Origin: Octopus vulgaris
Lineage: Eukaryota
Length of the DNA: 64,000 bases
Assembly (NCBI GenBank): GCA_951406725.2
Contig: OX597827.1
Span: 35,712,001 to 35,776,000 of the forward strand
Direction: 5' to 3'
The number at the start of each line of letters is the position of its first letter. Positions within the stretch are counted from its first letter, which is position 1. The translations under genes were made by a program, and so were the position numbers. Below, piece by piece: positions 1 through 11,742 of the stretch. The notes below the pieces were generated by a model. The model did not search any database and was not told the origin of the DNA. It saw only the letters and a list, made by a program, of their open reading frames with translations.

Positions 1-99
1 AAGAAATTGGGTCTTTTTTTGTGGAGTAATTGGGTCTCTTTTCCTTTTTCTTTTTCGTGTTTTTTCTTCTTTCTAAATGATATTCAGCTGTGGTTTATA

Positions 100-1215
100 T
101 GAGTGTGCTTTCCTTATTCAAACGGAATTGGGTTGAAGTGTTTCCGGTTCACTGATAGAGAGAAAAGATATGATATTTCGGGTTTATGTTTGCGGGGCAT
201 TGGTCTAGGTGTTTGCGTACGGGAATTTTCCTGATCGTGAGGTCCTGGATTTGTTGCCTGTGTAACCGTCAGTTTGTCACTCACGGTCAAACTAGTTTGA
301 CCTATGTAGTTTCCATCACACCCTCCACATTTGAGAACATAGATTAAGTTCTTCGATGCACAGATGAAGTGATTTTTTATAGTAAAAGTTTGACCTGGCT
401 TACATTTGTATGTTGAACCCTCTAAGAGGAAGATGCAAGTTTTGCAGTTAAAGCGGTTGCACTTTTTGACAAGCGGGGCTGTATTTTTGCTGGGTAATTT
501 GGCGCTGATGAGTAACTTTTTTAGGGATTGCAGTTGTCTCTTGGTTTTAATAATCTTGTGTGTTTCCAGTGTCTTTTTCATTCGCAGATCGTTCATAAGG
601 TGGATGATGTTTTGGTGGATGATGTTGTATGCTTCCATGTTCCTCGGATTGTGTCGATACGTAAGATAAAGTTTTAAGCGTGTAATGGGATTTTCTTGTT
701 TACAGTAACTCTTGGATGTCTATCATTTTTGCACGTTCTATTCCGCTTTTGATTAAACTGGACAAATATTTTCTATCTTGTAATGTTTTTAAGTTATTGG
801 AGTCGCTTTTCTCGAGGTTCGGGATTTGATGCGATCGTGCAAATTCTTCTTGCTAACTTGAACGGTATATTTATTTTAGTATGTTTTGGGTGGCAGGAGG
901 AGAGCAAAAGATATTGTTTTGAATCCGTTGGTTTGAAGATGATGTCGGTTTCAATTTCAGTATCTCATTTTACGATTAAGATATCCAGAGAGGGTAACTG
1001 TTTGTGGCTGTATTCTATTGTGAACTGGATACTGTGGTTAATGCTGTTGATTAAGTCTTTAAATTCTGAGAGTTGCTCGAGGTTATATAGCCACAGAATG
1101 AAACAGTTATCCAGGTAGCGTCTCCAGCTAGTGAGTAAGTATTTTTGGAAGTTGTCTCCAAATATCAGTCAAATGTGCTCGTATATTTGCACTTTTAAGT
1201 ATGTCATGACAACAA
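100..1215 (-). mobile_element. Decayed Penelope-like element: RT C-terminal half, Cys-rich linker and GIY-YIG endonuclease
   Basis: ORF 114-638 has CNRFNCKTC and NLIYVLKCGGCDGNYIGQT (GIY-YIG). Upstream minus-strand translation gives WRRYLDNCFILW (degenerate YxDD) near 1090-1130 and LPSLDIL near 980-1000. Confidence 0.85.
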
Positions 1216-1425
1216 ACAACTGGAACGGCTGATGACTGTTTTCCACAGGGAAGTCAACTAGGCAAAACAACAAACTTGACTACCAGAAAAATAAGATGCC
1301 ATCAGAATTTCAACGAATCAAAAATCGGATCCGTTCACGGAAAAAAATTATAACTACATTGGAGTAAAAAGAAAACGCCGTTACAGGCAAAATCCTTGTA
1401 CACGACGAAAAAGAATCGCAGAAAC

Positions 1426-1750
1426 TAACAAAAACCTTTTTTACTATCTTCATTTCACCTTTGTTTTTCTCACTCTTAACTCAGTATGACCGAACCTTTG
1501 GTGAACCACTTTTCTTACACTATTGAATTTTGCGCATTTAAACAAGATGATCCACATTTTTTATATTATCGAATGTTGTAAATCATATTTAATATTATTG
1601 AATCTTTTAAACATATTTTTCGCAATTTAAAGTTTTTACCATTGATAAACAAAAAATATTGTTGAAACTAGATGGTATGTGTGTAAATAAATTTATTTAA
1701 AAGCAAGTAGAAGTTTTTAAAATTGATGTGCATTTTCAACAACAAATTTT

Positions 1751-1757
<7 letters not shown>
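1426..1757. repeat. Left arm of a ~340-370 bp inverted repeat (partner 3172-3543)
   Basis: ctcactcttaactcagtat, tttaaacaagatgatccacattttt and ttttcaacaacaaattttcctatat all occur reverse-complemented at 3172-3543. Confidence 0.85.
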
Positions 1758-1824
<67 letters not shown>

Positions 1825-1825
1825 A

Positions 1826-1863
<38 letters not shown>

Positions 1864-1910
1864 ATTATATGTATATATATATATTCAAATTATATGTATA
1901 TATATATATA
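1753..1910. repeat. (TA)n microsatellite with a higher-order tcaaattatatg(ta)n unit
   Basis: Seen directly in the sequence. Confidence 0.95.
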
Positions 1911-2470
1911 ATCAAGTTATATGTAAACTTTTTGTAAAGGTTTCTACCGATAATGGTTCTCTTTCCATACCGAAACTACTTGGTAAAATTTATTAATTAT
2001 TAAATTAATAGTTCTTTACCCTTATATTTGTAATGAATTTTTCACTCCCGTATAACAAACTGCAGTTTACTTTCTGCGGTACTATCTTGTGACGCACATG
2101 GTAATCCTGGAGGGAAAATACGAATTCACTCGTCTATATAAATTTGGATGTGCTGACTATCTTCTGTTATTTCCGATGGCGCTTGGTCGGGATGCAAAGG
2201 GTAGGTTCCTAGCATTTTCAAATTTATAGATAATCGAAATATTATACTGAGAACGGAATTGAATTTGTATAATTCTAATCCAGAAACGCGTTCATAATTA
2301 ATCGAAGACTGTTTGATTTCGTTATTTTTCCTTCTGTTTGCCTATGTGAGTTACAAATATTGTTATCTGTGGAGTAATATCTCTAGTAAAACGGAATGAG
2401 CTGTCTTTGGCTGCTATTTCTAAATTTTCGGTATGTGGTGAAGCAACTTGTTGCTTAACCCTTAACTATA

Positions 2471-2533
<63 letters not shown>

Positions 2534-2730
2534 ATATTAGGGAATAAATCCAAATTTACAGGGAAAAAATCAGATTTAGGATTAAATCCAATTTTATAGT
2601 AAAATATTATATAATATTAATTAGAGACATGAAACAATTGTAGTGGCGGTTTTTTTACTTTTAATTAAAATTTTATGTATTGATTAAGTCTTTCCTTGTT
2701 TGTTTTGCAAAATAGTGGTTTTGTCTCTAA

Positions 2731-2773
<43 letters not shown>

Positions 2774-3171
2774 TAGTTAGAGATTCGCTCCATGTGCGAT
2801 TGTTTAGGCAATGAACTACACTGGTAAGAAGAGATGTATTAGCTGAACATAATAAGCTAATTCTCACAGTATATGAACAGTTAGTTCGAAATCAATATTG
2901 CTGTATTTCGCCTCTTCCGTCTTTAATGTAATGATTAAGGCAGGTGTTCAAATCTATTAAAGTCAAGTATTCTATATTATCCTTTTTTTTCCTCTTGTAT
3001 CTATTGAGCAATAAATTCTTTGAATGTATTCAATATCAAAAGAACCTCGTTTCAATTTGTGAATATATATGATTAGTATTGTTTACATCATCGATAAAGA
3101 AGAGTATTTTTATTGACATATAGCTAGTGATTTATATAACAAAACAGTGGGTGTACTTCCACACAGGAAAA

Positions 3172-3543
3172 AATATAGGAAAATTTGTTGTTGAAAATGC
3201 ACCTGAATTTCAAAAACGTGTAATTGTTTTTAAATAAATTTATTTACATACAAACCAAACTTGTTTTAACAATATTTTTTGTTTATCAATGGTAAAAATT
3301 TTGAATTGCGAAGTAGAAAAACATTTTTAAAAAGATTCAATGTTTACGAGATTCAATAATATCAAATATGATTTACAACATTCGATAATATGAAAAATGT
3401 GGATCATCTTGTTTAAATGCACAAAATTTAATAGTGTATGAAGTGATCGATAAGAAATATGGATCACCAAATGTTCGGTTATACTGAGTTAAGAGTGAGA
3501 AAAACAAAGGAGAAATGAAGATCATAATAAAAGGTTTTTGTTA
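3172..3543. repeat. Right arm of inverted repeat (partner 1426-1757); probable DNA-transposon end
   Basis: Reverse complement of 1426-1757; preceded by cacaggaaaaaat, which could be a terminus. Confidence 0.8.
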
Positions 3544-3709
3544 TATCTGGTTAAGTAAAAAGTAAGCAACGTTTTGAACCATGAAGAATTTGTACCGGAT
3601 TTTTGCAGAGTTTTGAACTTTTTTAAAACATTTTTTTTATCTTTGTCTGATAATACAGACATAGACTTGCCCAAATGCATCAATAATTCAACATTGATTA
3701 TTTTTCACC

Positions 3710-5128
3710 GTTGTTACAATCATCTGTAACCGAGTTGATCGTGAATTTCGTTTGTGCGAAAGGTTAGTCAAAGTTGTATTTGTTATTAATTGTTGCGTCT
3801 TAAGGCACTTGTTTTTGCTACCTTACAGCAGTTTTGTTAACGCTGTCCCCCTTGTTTGACAGGAGAAGCGCTGTTAAATTGGAGAGAATTAGCTACTCAG
3901 ACCTGTCGTCGTCTGAGGAGGAGCTGGTGAGGTGTCCAGACGAAAGAGATAGAGACGGAAAGGAGGAGTTTCGCAGAGGCAGTGAGACGGCAGTCTGAAG
4001 ATGTGTGTTTCGAAATAATTGAAAGATTCCAAGAAATGATGAAAAGGGAGAACAATGTCAAGGTATCCCCTCCCAGGGAAACTACTGAAAGGACAGCCAA
4101 AAGAACGGTGTTGTAAAGAACATAGGACGTAAGACAACATCGGATAGAGGTGGCTACGAGAGCTGAAGTGGAAAGGGCTCTGCTACCCAGCTAGAGGGAG
4201 AAAGTCTGCAATGATGGAGGTGCAGTTTTCGTCTGATGCTGTGGCCAGACAGCATGCCGTTACTCTCCTCAAGACGGAAGAGGTGGTCTTTCTAACCATT
4301 TACCTAGGAAGATGTGCTTCTCGAGTTAGGGTAGATGAGATCCCTCCTGAGGTGGATGTTGCTTGGCTGGTAGCCGCCATCCTACTTGGTATGGAGGACC
4401 AGATTGTGGTCCTCCAGGCAAAAAGAGTGCCAACAAGAAATTGGCATGGGGTGGGCCTTGAAATAGTGAACAAGGCCGCCCCAGGAGATCTAGAAAGGAT
4501 GGTATAGATCATCACGATCGACGGGGATATCAAGTTAAGAGTCATGGCGGAGGGCAGGACGCCCAGGTGTTTTAAATGTGGGGAGAAAGGCCACATTAAG
4601 GCAGATTGCCCACCGCCCAGTGCAAAGGAACCAAAAAAGGTCGCACCTCCACCTCTGGTGAAGTCATCTACAAGCGAGGAGGAGCCTGGGAAGCAAGAAG
4701 AGCAGGAATGGGCACAAGCTAAAAGAAGGAGGAAAACTCAAAAAAGGTCTGAGGAAACAAATGTGAATCCCCACTCTACTCCCTCCCCATCCCATGCTTT
4801 CACACCCTCCCTCTGCAGTCACCAATTCTTCTCCTGCCCCTCCTAACACAGACAATAACACAAGCAGACAGGTGCCCGACCCCACCCAAATGCTTTGGTT
4901 TAAAGGAAAACTGTGGAACAAAAACATTGGACATAGTTATAAGTTGTGAAGAAAAAGTACAAAAAGTGTAAATGAAGTGGCTCGGATGTGGGGTAGAGTG
5001 GCTTCATGCCATTGCATTATTCATTTTTCCATTTTTCCCATTTGTTTGTCGTTTTTTTTTTTTTTTGTCCCCACTTATATGTTTTTATATGTCCCTCTCT
5101 GTTTAGCCTCCTGTGGACAATAAAGAAA
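3710..5128 (+). mobile_element. ORF1(gag)-only L1/Tx1-like non-autonomous element, unit 1 of a head-to-tail array
   Basis: Disrupted ORF1 (4211-4846) with zinc knuckle CFKCGEKGHIKADC; no RT; ends gtccctctctgtttagcctcctgtggacAATAAAgaaat. Confidence 0.7.
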
Positions 5129-5130
5129 TT

Positions 5131-6428
5131 GTTGTTACAATCATCTGAACCGACTTTTTCGTGAATGTTGCTTGTGCGTCATTAGAGAGGTTAGTGGAGG
5201 ATTGTTGAATTGAAATTATATTTGTTATTAATTGTTATGTGCCGAGACACTTGTCTTTGCTGCTTTACGGCTGTTTTGTTAACGCTGTCTCCCTTGTTTG
5301 AAATGGGGAAGTGCATTACTTGTGTCTTCATGATGTATGAAGATTTGAATTCTTCAGACGTAACGACTCTGAAGAATAATTACTGAGAAGTTTGGATATT
5401 GCTAACCAAAAGATGGAAAAAGTGAGAGTGGAAAAAAACATGTATTTTGCAACTGCAGCTGGTGTAACAAGAGAAAAGATTTGTTTTAAGAAGGTGGAGT
5501 TAAACAATTCCAGGGAAATCCTGCGAAGGAAAGGGCACGAAGTAAAAGTGAGCTCTCCTAGTGACAGAACGGTCGACACCACAACGGTGGGCGAGGATGT
5601 GGTATTAAGAGTTATAGTGGAGGACAGGAGGTCCGGTGGCTATAAATGTGGCCAGAAAGGCCACATAAGAAAAGAGTGCCTTCCCCCGACCACAAAGACA
5701 CCAGCAGTACAAGCCCGAAGGAAAATCGCACCTCCACCTCCTTCAATGACAAGTGGTATAGGAGGGAGCGTGGAAAAGCCCGGTTAGGTGGATGGCAAGG
5801 AGGCACAAATGGAGGAAGAGAAAACAGAATGGAAGGCAGAAAAAGCGAAAAAGAGAACTTTATGTTATCCCCCATCCTCCTCCCCACCCTATCCCTGCAG
5901 ACACCAACCCTCACCCTACCCCACAAGACACTGATACTATAGCTACACACAGGAGCCCCACCCTGTGAAAACAAGTTACATTGTTTTCTACAGTGAGTCA
6001 TTCATTGTGTTGTGCGAGGAAATAAGCAATCAGTACGAGGTGATGAAAGTCGATATTGAAAGGTGTGAGGGTGTGTCCTCGCATGTTAAATGCGCATTTA
6101 TAAACAGAAAGAACTCGCAAAGATTAAGTGAGGATTACGGGACAAATATCATTACTCCACAAAAATTAATTGATACCAGGAGACTGCAGTCAACGGTAAG
6201 CTATCATGAACTTTTAAAAGAATTTAACATAAACATATTAAGTGATTATTAATTGTTTTTAAAAGTTTCAATGAGGTCACTTGGATTGTGGGGTCCAAGT
6301 GGCCTCCATTTCATCCATTCATTTTTAAATTCATCCTTCCCATTTGTTTTATTTTCCCCCGACTTTTGTGGTTTTGTCCATCTTTGTACTGTCCCTCTGT
6401 TTAGTTTCTTGTGGGCAATAAAGAAATA
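5131..6428 (+). mobile_element. ORF1(gag)-only element, unit 2 of the array
   Basis: Same 5' end (gttgttacaatcatct) and UTR as unit 1; knuckle remnant YKCGQKGHIRKEC; same 3' tail gtccctctgtttagtttcttgtgggcAATAAAgaaat. Confidence 0.7.
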
Positions 6429-6577
6429 GTTGTTACAATCCTTTAGACTGACTTGTTCATGAATGTTGCTTGTGCGTCGTTAGAGAGGTTAGTGAAGGAT
6501 TGTTGAATTGAAATTATATTTTTTATAAATTGTTGTTTCTTGTGACACTTGTTTTTGCTACCTTACGGCAGCTTTGT
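6429..6577 (+). mobile_element. Truncated unit 3 of the array (5' UTR only)
   Basis: About 150 bp similar to 5131-5280 and 3710-3840. Confidence 0.7.
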
Positions 6578-6605
6578 CTAAAATGTCTCGAAATCTCCCA
6601 TTAAG

Positions 6606-6607
<2 letters not shown>

Positions 6608-6676
<69 letters not shown>
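6608..6676. repeat. (TG)n microsatellite
   Basis: Seen directly in the sequence. Confidence 0.95.
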
Positions 6677-6678
<2 letters not shown>

Positions 6679-7302
6679 CACAAACACATACGTGCGCGTG
6701 CATGTATTGAAAATAAAAACTTGTTTGAACAACTTTAGCAATGTCAAAAGGATGCCACCCACAAGAAATGTGGAATAAAGCTAAAAATATGGTTTGAAAA
6801 TATAAAAAGAAACAAAAAATAGTCGAAGTGCTTAAGAATGGAGACACTGAATAAATTCATAAACTTGAAAAAAAAATTATGTATATGAGCCAGTTGTATA
6901 ACATCTGAATCCAAAGAACGGCATTGGCTGCTCAAGAATGTAATTCTAAGATGAAGAAAGACATTCAGGAAAACCTCAGCAAAATGTGAGACAAAACTTA
7001 AACATTTTTCATTATAAACTCTAATAAAGGAATTTGTAAAACAGAAGCTAATAACAGGAAAATTTGCATCAAGAGATAATGTTATCGTAGATAAAGATAG
7101 TAAAGTAATGAAAATTAAAATTGTGTTAGGGAAAAATAAAAATAAACCTGGAGAGAGGATATGTGATTGATGAGGTCGGGAATAGCGATGAAAGGACTTT
7201 GAAAAACCAAGCTGATTGATTGTAACCAATTGACAAATAAAAATTATTAGGTGAAATAGGACAAGTACGTATGTTTATTAGTGTGATATAAGACAACAGA
7301 AA

Positions 7303-7513
7303 GGCGGCGAACTGGCAGAAACGTTAGCACGCCGGGCGAAATGCGTTACGTTCTGAGTTCAAATTCCGCCGAGATCGACTTTGCCTTTCATTCTTTTGGG
7401 GTCGATTAAATAAGTACCAGTTACGCACTGGGGTCGATATAATCGACTTAATCCGTTTGTCTGTCCTTGTTTGTCCTCTCTGTGTTTAGCCCCTTGTGGG
7501 TAGTAAAGAAATA
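7303..7513 (+). mobile_element. tRNA-derived SINE of the dominant local family (Nin-like central domain) with 18-bp TSD
   Basis: Head ggcggcgaactggcagaa...gttcaaattcc; core gcctttcattcttttggggtcgattaaataagtacc; TSD gatataagacaacagaaa at 7285-7302 and 7514-7531. Confidence 0.9.
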
Positions 7514-8207
7514 GATATAAGACAACAGAAAATATAAACACTAGGGAAAATCTGAAAAACAATAGAAGTCCTAGAACAGGTGACATAGCAACAGAACGTA
7601 GAATGAGTTGGTTACATTGTTTTTAAACTAAAATATGGAACTCAAATTTATTACCGAATAATTGAAATCGACTTTGATTCCATTACCAAAAACGGATACA
7701 ATGCAATATAAAAATAACGAGATAAATGCACTAATATTTAGTAAAATTCTAAGATAATTGCTCATCAAATTAAAGTTGAAAATGACACAGTTGCCATGGC
7801 AAGTTATGGCTAATGATGATGGAAATGAAAATTCCTCGACGTTTTATAGAATTATTATAGTCACTTTTTACTCATCAAAAGGTATCTCTCAAAATTATTG
7901 TGAACTTCATATGGCGTACGACAAGAATGTAACCTGGCGCCATATTTTGAAAGTATAGTTAAAATCGGTCGCCTATATTCGATATACGGCAATATTGTTC
8001 TTGTTGCTGGTAGCTGAGAAAAATTTAGGATTTTCTTAAAGAACGTAAAAGAATAAAGAAGTTAAAGAATATGTTTTATGACTAATTTTAACAAAGCTGA
8101 ATCAATGGTTATGTCAGGAACATAAGAACATCACTTCTGAAGTGGTTGGTAAATATGATAATGGCTGGCTGAAATACTATTTTAGAAGTATTATTACAAA
8201 TCAATGT

Positions 8208-8435
8208 GAAGTAGCAAGGTGGCAGGATCGTTAGCGCATCGGACAAAATACTTAGTGGGATGTCTTCTGGCTTTTTTTTTTTTTTTTTTCTGAGTTCAAA
8301 TTCCACCGAGGGCGACTTTGACGTTCATCCTTTCGGGATTACTAAAAAAAGTATTCAGTTGGTCACTGGGAACGATGTAATCGACTACTTCTTTCTCAAG
8401 TTGCTGGCTTTATTTCAAACTTTGAAACCAAAGGC
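8208..8435 (+). mobile_element. Diverged SINE of the same family with an alternative tail
   Basis: ggtggcaggatcgttagc...gagttcaaattccaccgag...tttgaaacca. Confidence 0.8.
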
Positions 8436-9014
8436 TGTGATTTGACTGAATAGTTAACATACAGGATAAAATGCTAAACAACAATTCTTCTTTCTGCGTG
8501 GTCTTAAAAGTTGTTGGTCTGGTCTGCAGTAGGGAGTGATTGAGTTGATGAATGAAAACATTGTTCTTGGTCTGCATGTAGAAGTAACTGAACAACACCT
8601 GCGAATATTTAACAGATTTTATTATTGCACATAAAAACAAACTGTGTTAGCCTTTTACAGATAACAATAGCAATAATTACATGCTGGGAGAGATACTGCT
8701 TCGAGTTTACGGCAAGTTATTGATACGGTAATCTGCGGCCGGTCCAGCATAACTAGAAACAATTGTACTATATTTGTGGCGACCAATGTTCTTGTCATCT
8801 GTTGCACTATCTGTCTTAGTCGTCTGACTGGTTAAAATATATACCGAGCAGTTTTTATAGGGGACCGGAAGTCAAATTCTAGATTGTTCAAAAAAACTGT
8901 CGCTATCGCTTCACGTTGATTAATCGGGTAATAGACTTATCACGTGAAACCATGATGGTTTGTTCGTGATGTCTAATGGCTTATCCTGGACTTCGGTTTC
9001 GAATGCCCGCAACA

Positions 9015-9164
9015 CTTCTGTATGAGCTCAAGTTACGCCGAAATCGACTTTGCCTTTCATCTTTTTGGGGTCGATAAAATAAATACCAACTGAAAACAAG
9101 GATCGATGTAATCAACATACACCCTCCCCTTAAAATTACTGGTACTATGCCAAAATTTAAAACA
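9015..9164 (+). mobile_element. 5'-truncated SINE of the same family
   Basis: tcgactttgcctttcatctttttggggtcgataaaat...gccaaaatttaaaac. Confidence 0.8.
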
Positions 9165-9284
9165 ATTATTACAAATCAATGTAATAATTAACAGATAAGA
9201 GATAAATAAAAAATTGCAACAGCAATTTTTTTTTATATTTGATTGTTTTTCACCGGGAATGTTGTCATAGAATAATGTTTTTGT

Positions 9285-9510
9285 GTAAAGTTTGTTTGCC
9301 AACATAACATGGCAGTCTTGGTTTAGGACGAGTGTTGCTGTAATTTAACCCCAGGAGACATCGTCTCCAGCTGGCTGTATGACACGATCTGTGTCCTTAT
9401 ATTTCCGAACAAGGGAATCTAGCGCCCCCACTCAGCTCAAAACAATATCTGTGTATCGCGATTTCCGAGTTATTTCCCTCTATCAGCACAGAATAATTGC
9501 CCGGTTAGAG
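9285..9510 (-). repeat. ~230-bp repeat carrying a type I hammerhead-like motif (copy A; partner 11743-11971)
   Basis: Reverse complement of 11743-11971. Minus strand reads tctgtg-CTGATAGA-gggaaataactcg-GAAA-tcgcga-TA-cacaga at 9448-9492. Confidence 0.75.
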
Positions 9511-10660
9511 GTTAATTCTTTATTCCAAGCACAAGGCCCAAACCCAGAGGGGACATATATAGACATGCAGCTGACAAACAACAAGTGAAAATGAATAAAT
9601 ATAATACAAAGACATGAGACAACCATCTCGGCCTCACTCCGAGACGAAACCGTGATCTCCCTTTTCCTTTCAACCCTACATTTCAGCGAAAACGTTTTTA
9701 TACAATTAAATAAAGCGTTCTTACAGTATTTTTCTGGGGTTTTTTCCCTTTCTGTATCGTTCTTTTTCTTAAACGATCTCTTCGTGCTTCTGGGGACACC
9801 TCGCTTTCATGTGTCCCCGTACTCCGCAGTGGTAGCAGATGGGAGGTCTTCCCTCTACTACCACTCTCAATTTTACATCCCCGGGCAATACAATCTCTTC
9901 TGTGATTTTATGCAAATCCGGTAAACTGATTTGGACCGTCACCTCGAGGCCGTATCCCCATTAGTTTACCTCTGTAGTTCTTGTAACCATTAAGAATTCT
10001 AGTTTATTCCTCCGTATTGAAGAGAATGGCTGCCACCAGCCACGCCTCATCGATCTCTGGCTGTACGTTTGCCACAGTAGGTTGGCAGTAGTGTCCACTC
10101 TGACGACCTCAACGGCACAGCGGAGTACTTTATCGCATTCTGTTCGGTCGCGAACCGAACCTCCACTGTGCCGTACTTCTTTCCTCTAGTATAAAATGTC
10201 GTGAGTTCCTTTACGTCCTTTAGGCTTTCCTTCACTGCTTCCACCGTAGCTATTTCTACCTTTTTAGTTGCTGTGGACAGCGTTCCATAGACTGTCTTTT
10301 TCGTCGTCTTCTCTGTCACTTCTTTAGGCGGCGTCAGCCACAGGCTGGTACCCTCCTTTGCGATGAGTTCGTTAAACTCCTTCAATCTTTTCTCCTCAAA
10401 TTTCACATCTCTCACTTATAACACATCCGCAGTCAAACCCTTTCTGGTTGCTGCAGCATAGCTACCGACTAGTTGGGTCTCCAGTTTTGGGTTTGTTACA
10501 ACTTCACCCATAAATGAGGAAGAAAACAATTAAGCAAAAATAACAATTCAATTAATTAACAGTAGGTACGAAAGACCTTCTACAAGCATCAACAAAACGA
10601 TTTGCATGTATACTCAAACACAAACTTCACTCAACTCAGGGTTCCAGGTCGCTTGTCGCC
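9511..10660 (-). mobile_element. ORF1(gag)-only L1/Tx1-like element with 15-bp TSD
   Basis: ORF 10047-10415 (VEVRF...LLPTYCGKRTAR, then AWLVAAIL) aligns by eye to ORF 4211-4507. Tail tgtcccctctggg...AATAAAgaa. Flanked by attgcccggttagag (9496-9510) and attgttcggctagag (10661-10675). Confidence 0.75.
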
Positions 10661-10787
10661 ATTGTTCGGCTAGAGATGAATTTTTTTATTACGATAATAT
10701 GTATCGAATACAGGAGGAACATAACAGGACAATACAAACAAAAAAATGTTATGAGTTCGAATGAGCCTTACATTTTAAAAATTGATG

Positions 10788-10826
<39 letters not shown>

Positions 10827-10849
10827 TATATATGTTGACTTTTTTTTTT

Positions 10850-11690
10850 ATTTCAAAGGGGAAATACACCAGGCAGCCTGAAAGGCCCAGCGGCTATCCT
10901 TTCTTTTTCCAATGTTAAGTCGGGTTACTAGCACCCACCTTTCTCATCACAGCCTTCCATCGTTTCTCGAAGATACTTCGCGACACGATTCTCCTCTCCA
11001 GCCGTATCTTGCTTTTTATATGGTATCTGAAGTAAAGTAGCAAACCAGAGCCGATGAAGGATCCCGTCACGAATCCTTGCAGTCTAGTCCTCCATACACA
11101 CTCTTTCAACACTGCTACTGTACAGAGAAAACATGCCTTACCTTCCTTTGAGAGTCTAGTTGGCGATACATTCTTTATTATAGACTCAAGCGATAGCTGT
11201 ACTCTCCCCAGATGCGACAACACGTGTTCAACGTAAATTATCAAGCTTGACAGCTGTCGACATTGTACAAAAGCGTGCTGGATGGTTTCATCGTCCAGCC
11301 CACATCTTGGACATGGTAGCACTGACATTCCCTGCCTAGATAACTTCTCGCGAACAGGGAAAGCGTTCCTGTAACACTACCAAGTCAGGGACTTTTGGTA
11401 ATTATCCAAGTACCTTGGCCTGAAAGTTTTTCGAAACAGGCTGGCAAGTTGCTTCTCATCCAACCCCAGAGCCGCTCCTAGGACGTCATCGTTTTTAAAC
11501 TCTACCAGCCCTTTATACAAAACCGAGGTGGTATTCCCACTACCAGCCTTGCCCGTCTTGTGGATAAGCATGAATGCCTGACGACACTCATTTTGCCATT
11601 CTGTCAGATTACGTCTTTTAATAAAACCGGGTTGGAATCTCTCCAAAGAGGCTGGTCGCGGAAAGAATTCCTCTGCCAGTGAATTTCACA
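10850..11690 (-). mobile_element. L1/Tx1 LINE ORF2 C-terminal fragment (RT-associated zinc finger)
   Basis: ORFs 11377-11646 and 10915-11328: LDNYQKSLTW, CPRCGLDDETIQHAFVQC, VWRTR, FEKRW. Confidence 0.8.
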
Positions 11691-11742
11691 TCTTATGTTG
11701 TCCCCTCTGTGTATGATATTTTTATCGTAATAAAGAGTTAAC

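Noticed and set aside
1940-1990. Hammerhead-like ccgataa...gaaac motif
   Set aside because: The core deviates at several positions and stem I is unconvincing.
6740-7250. 161-aa minus-strand hydrophobic ORF
   Set aside because: It is the antisense of A-rich decayed sequence, with no motif or splice support.
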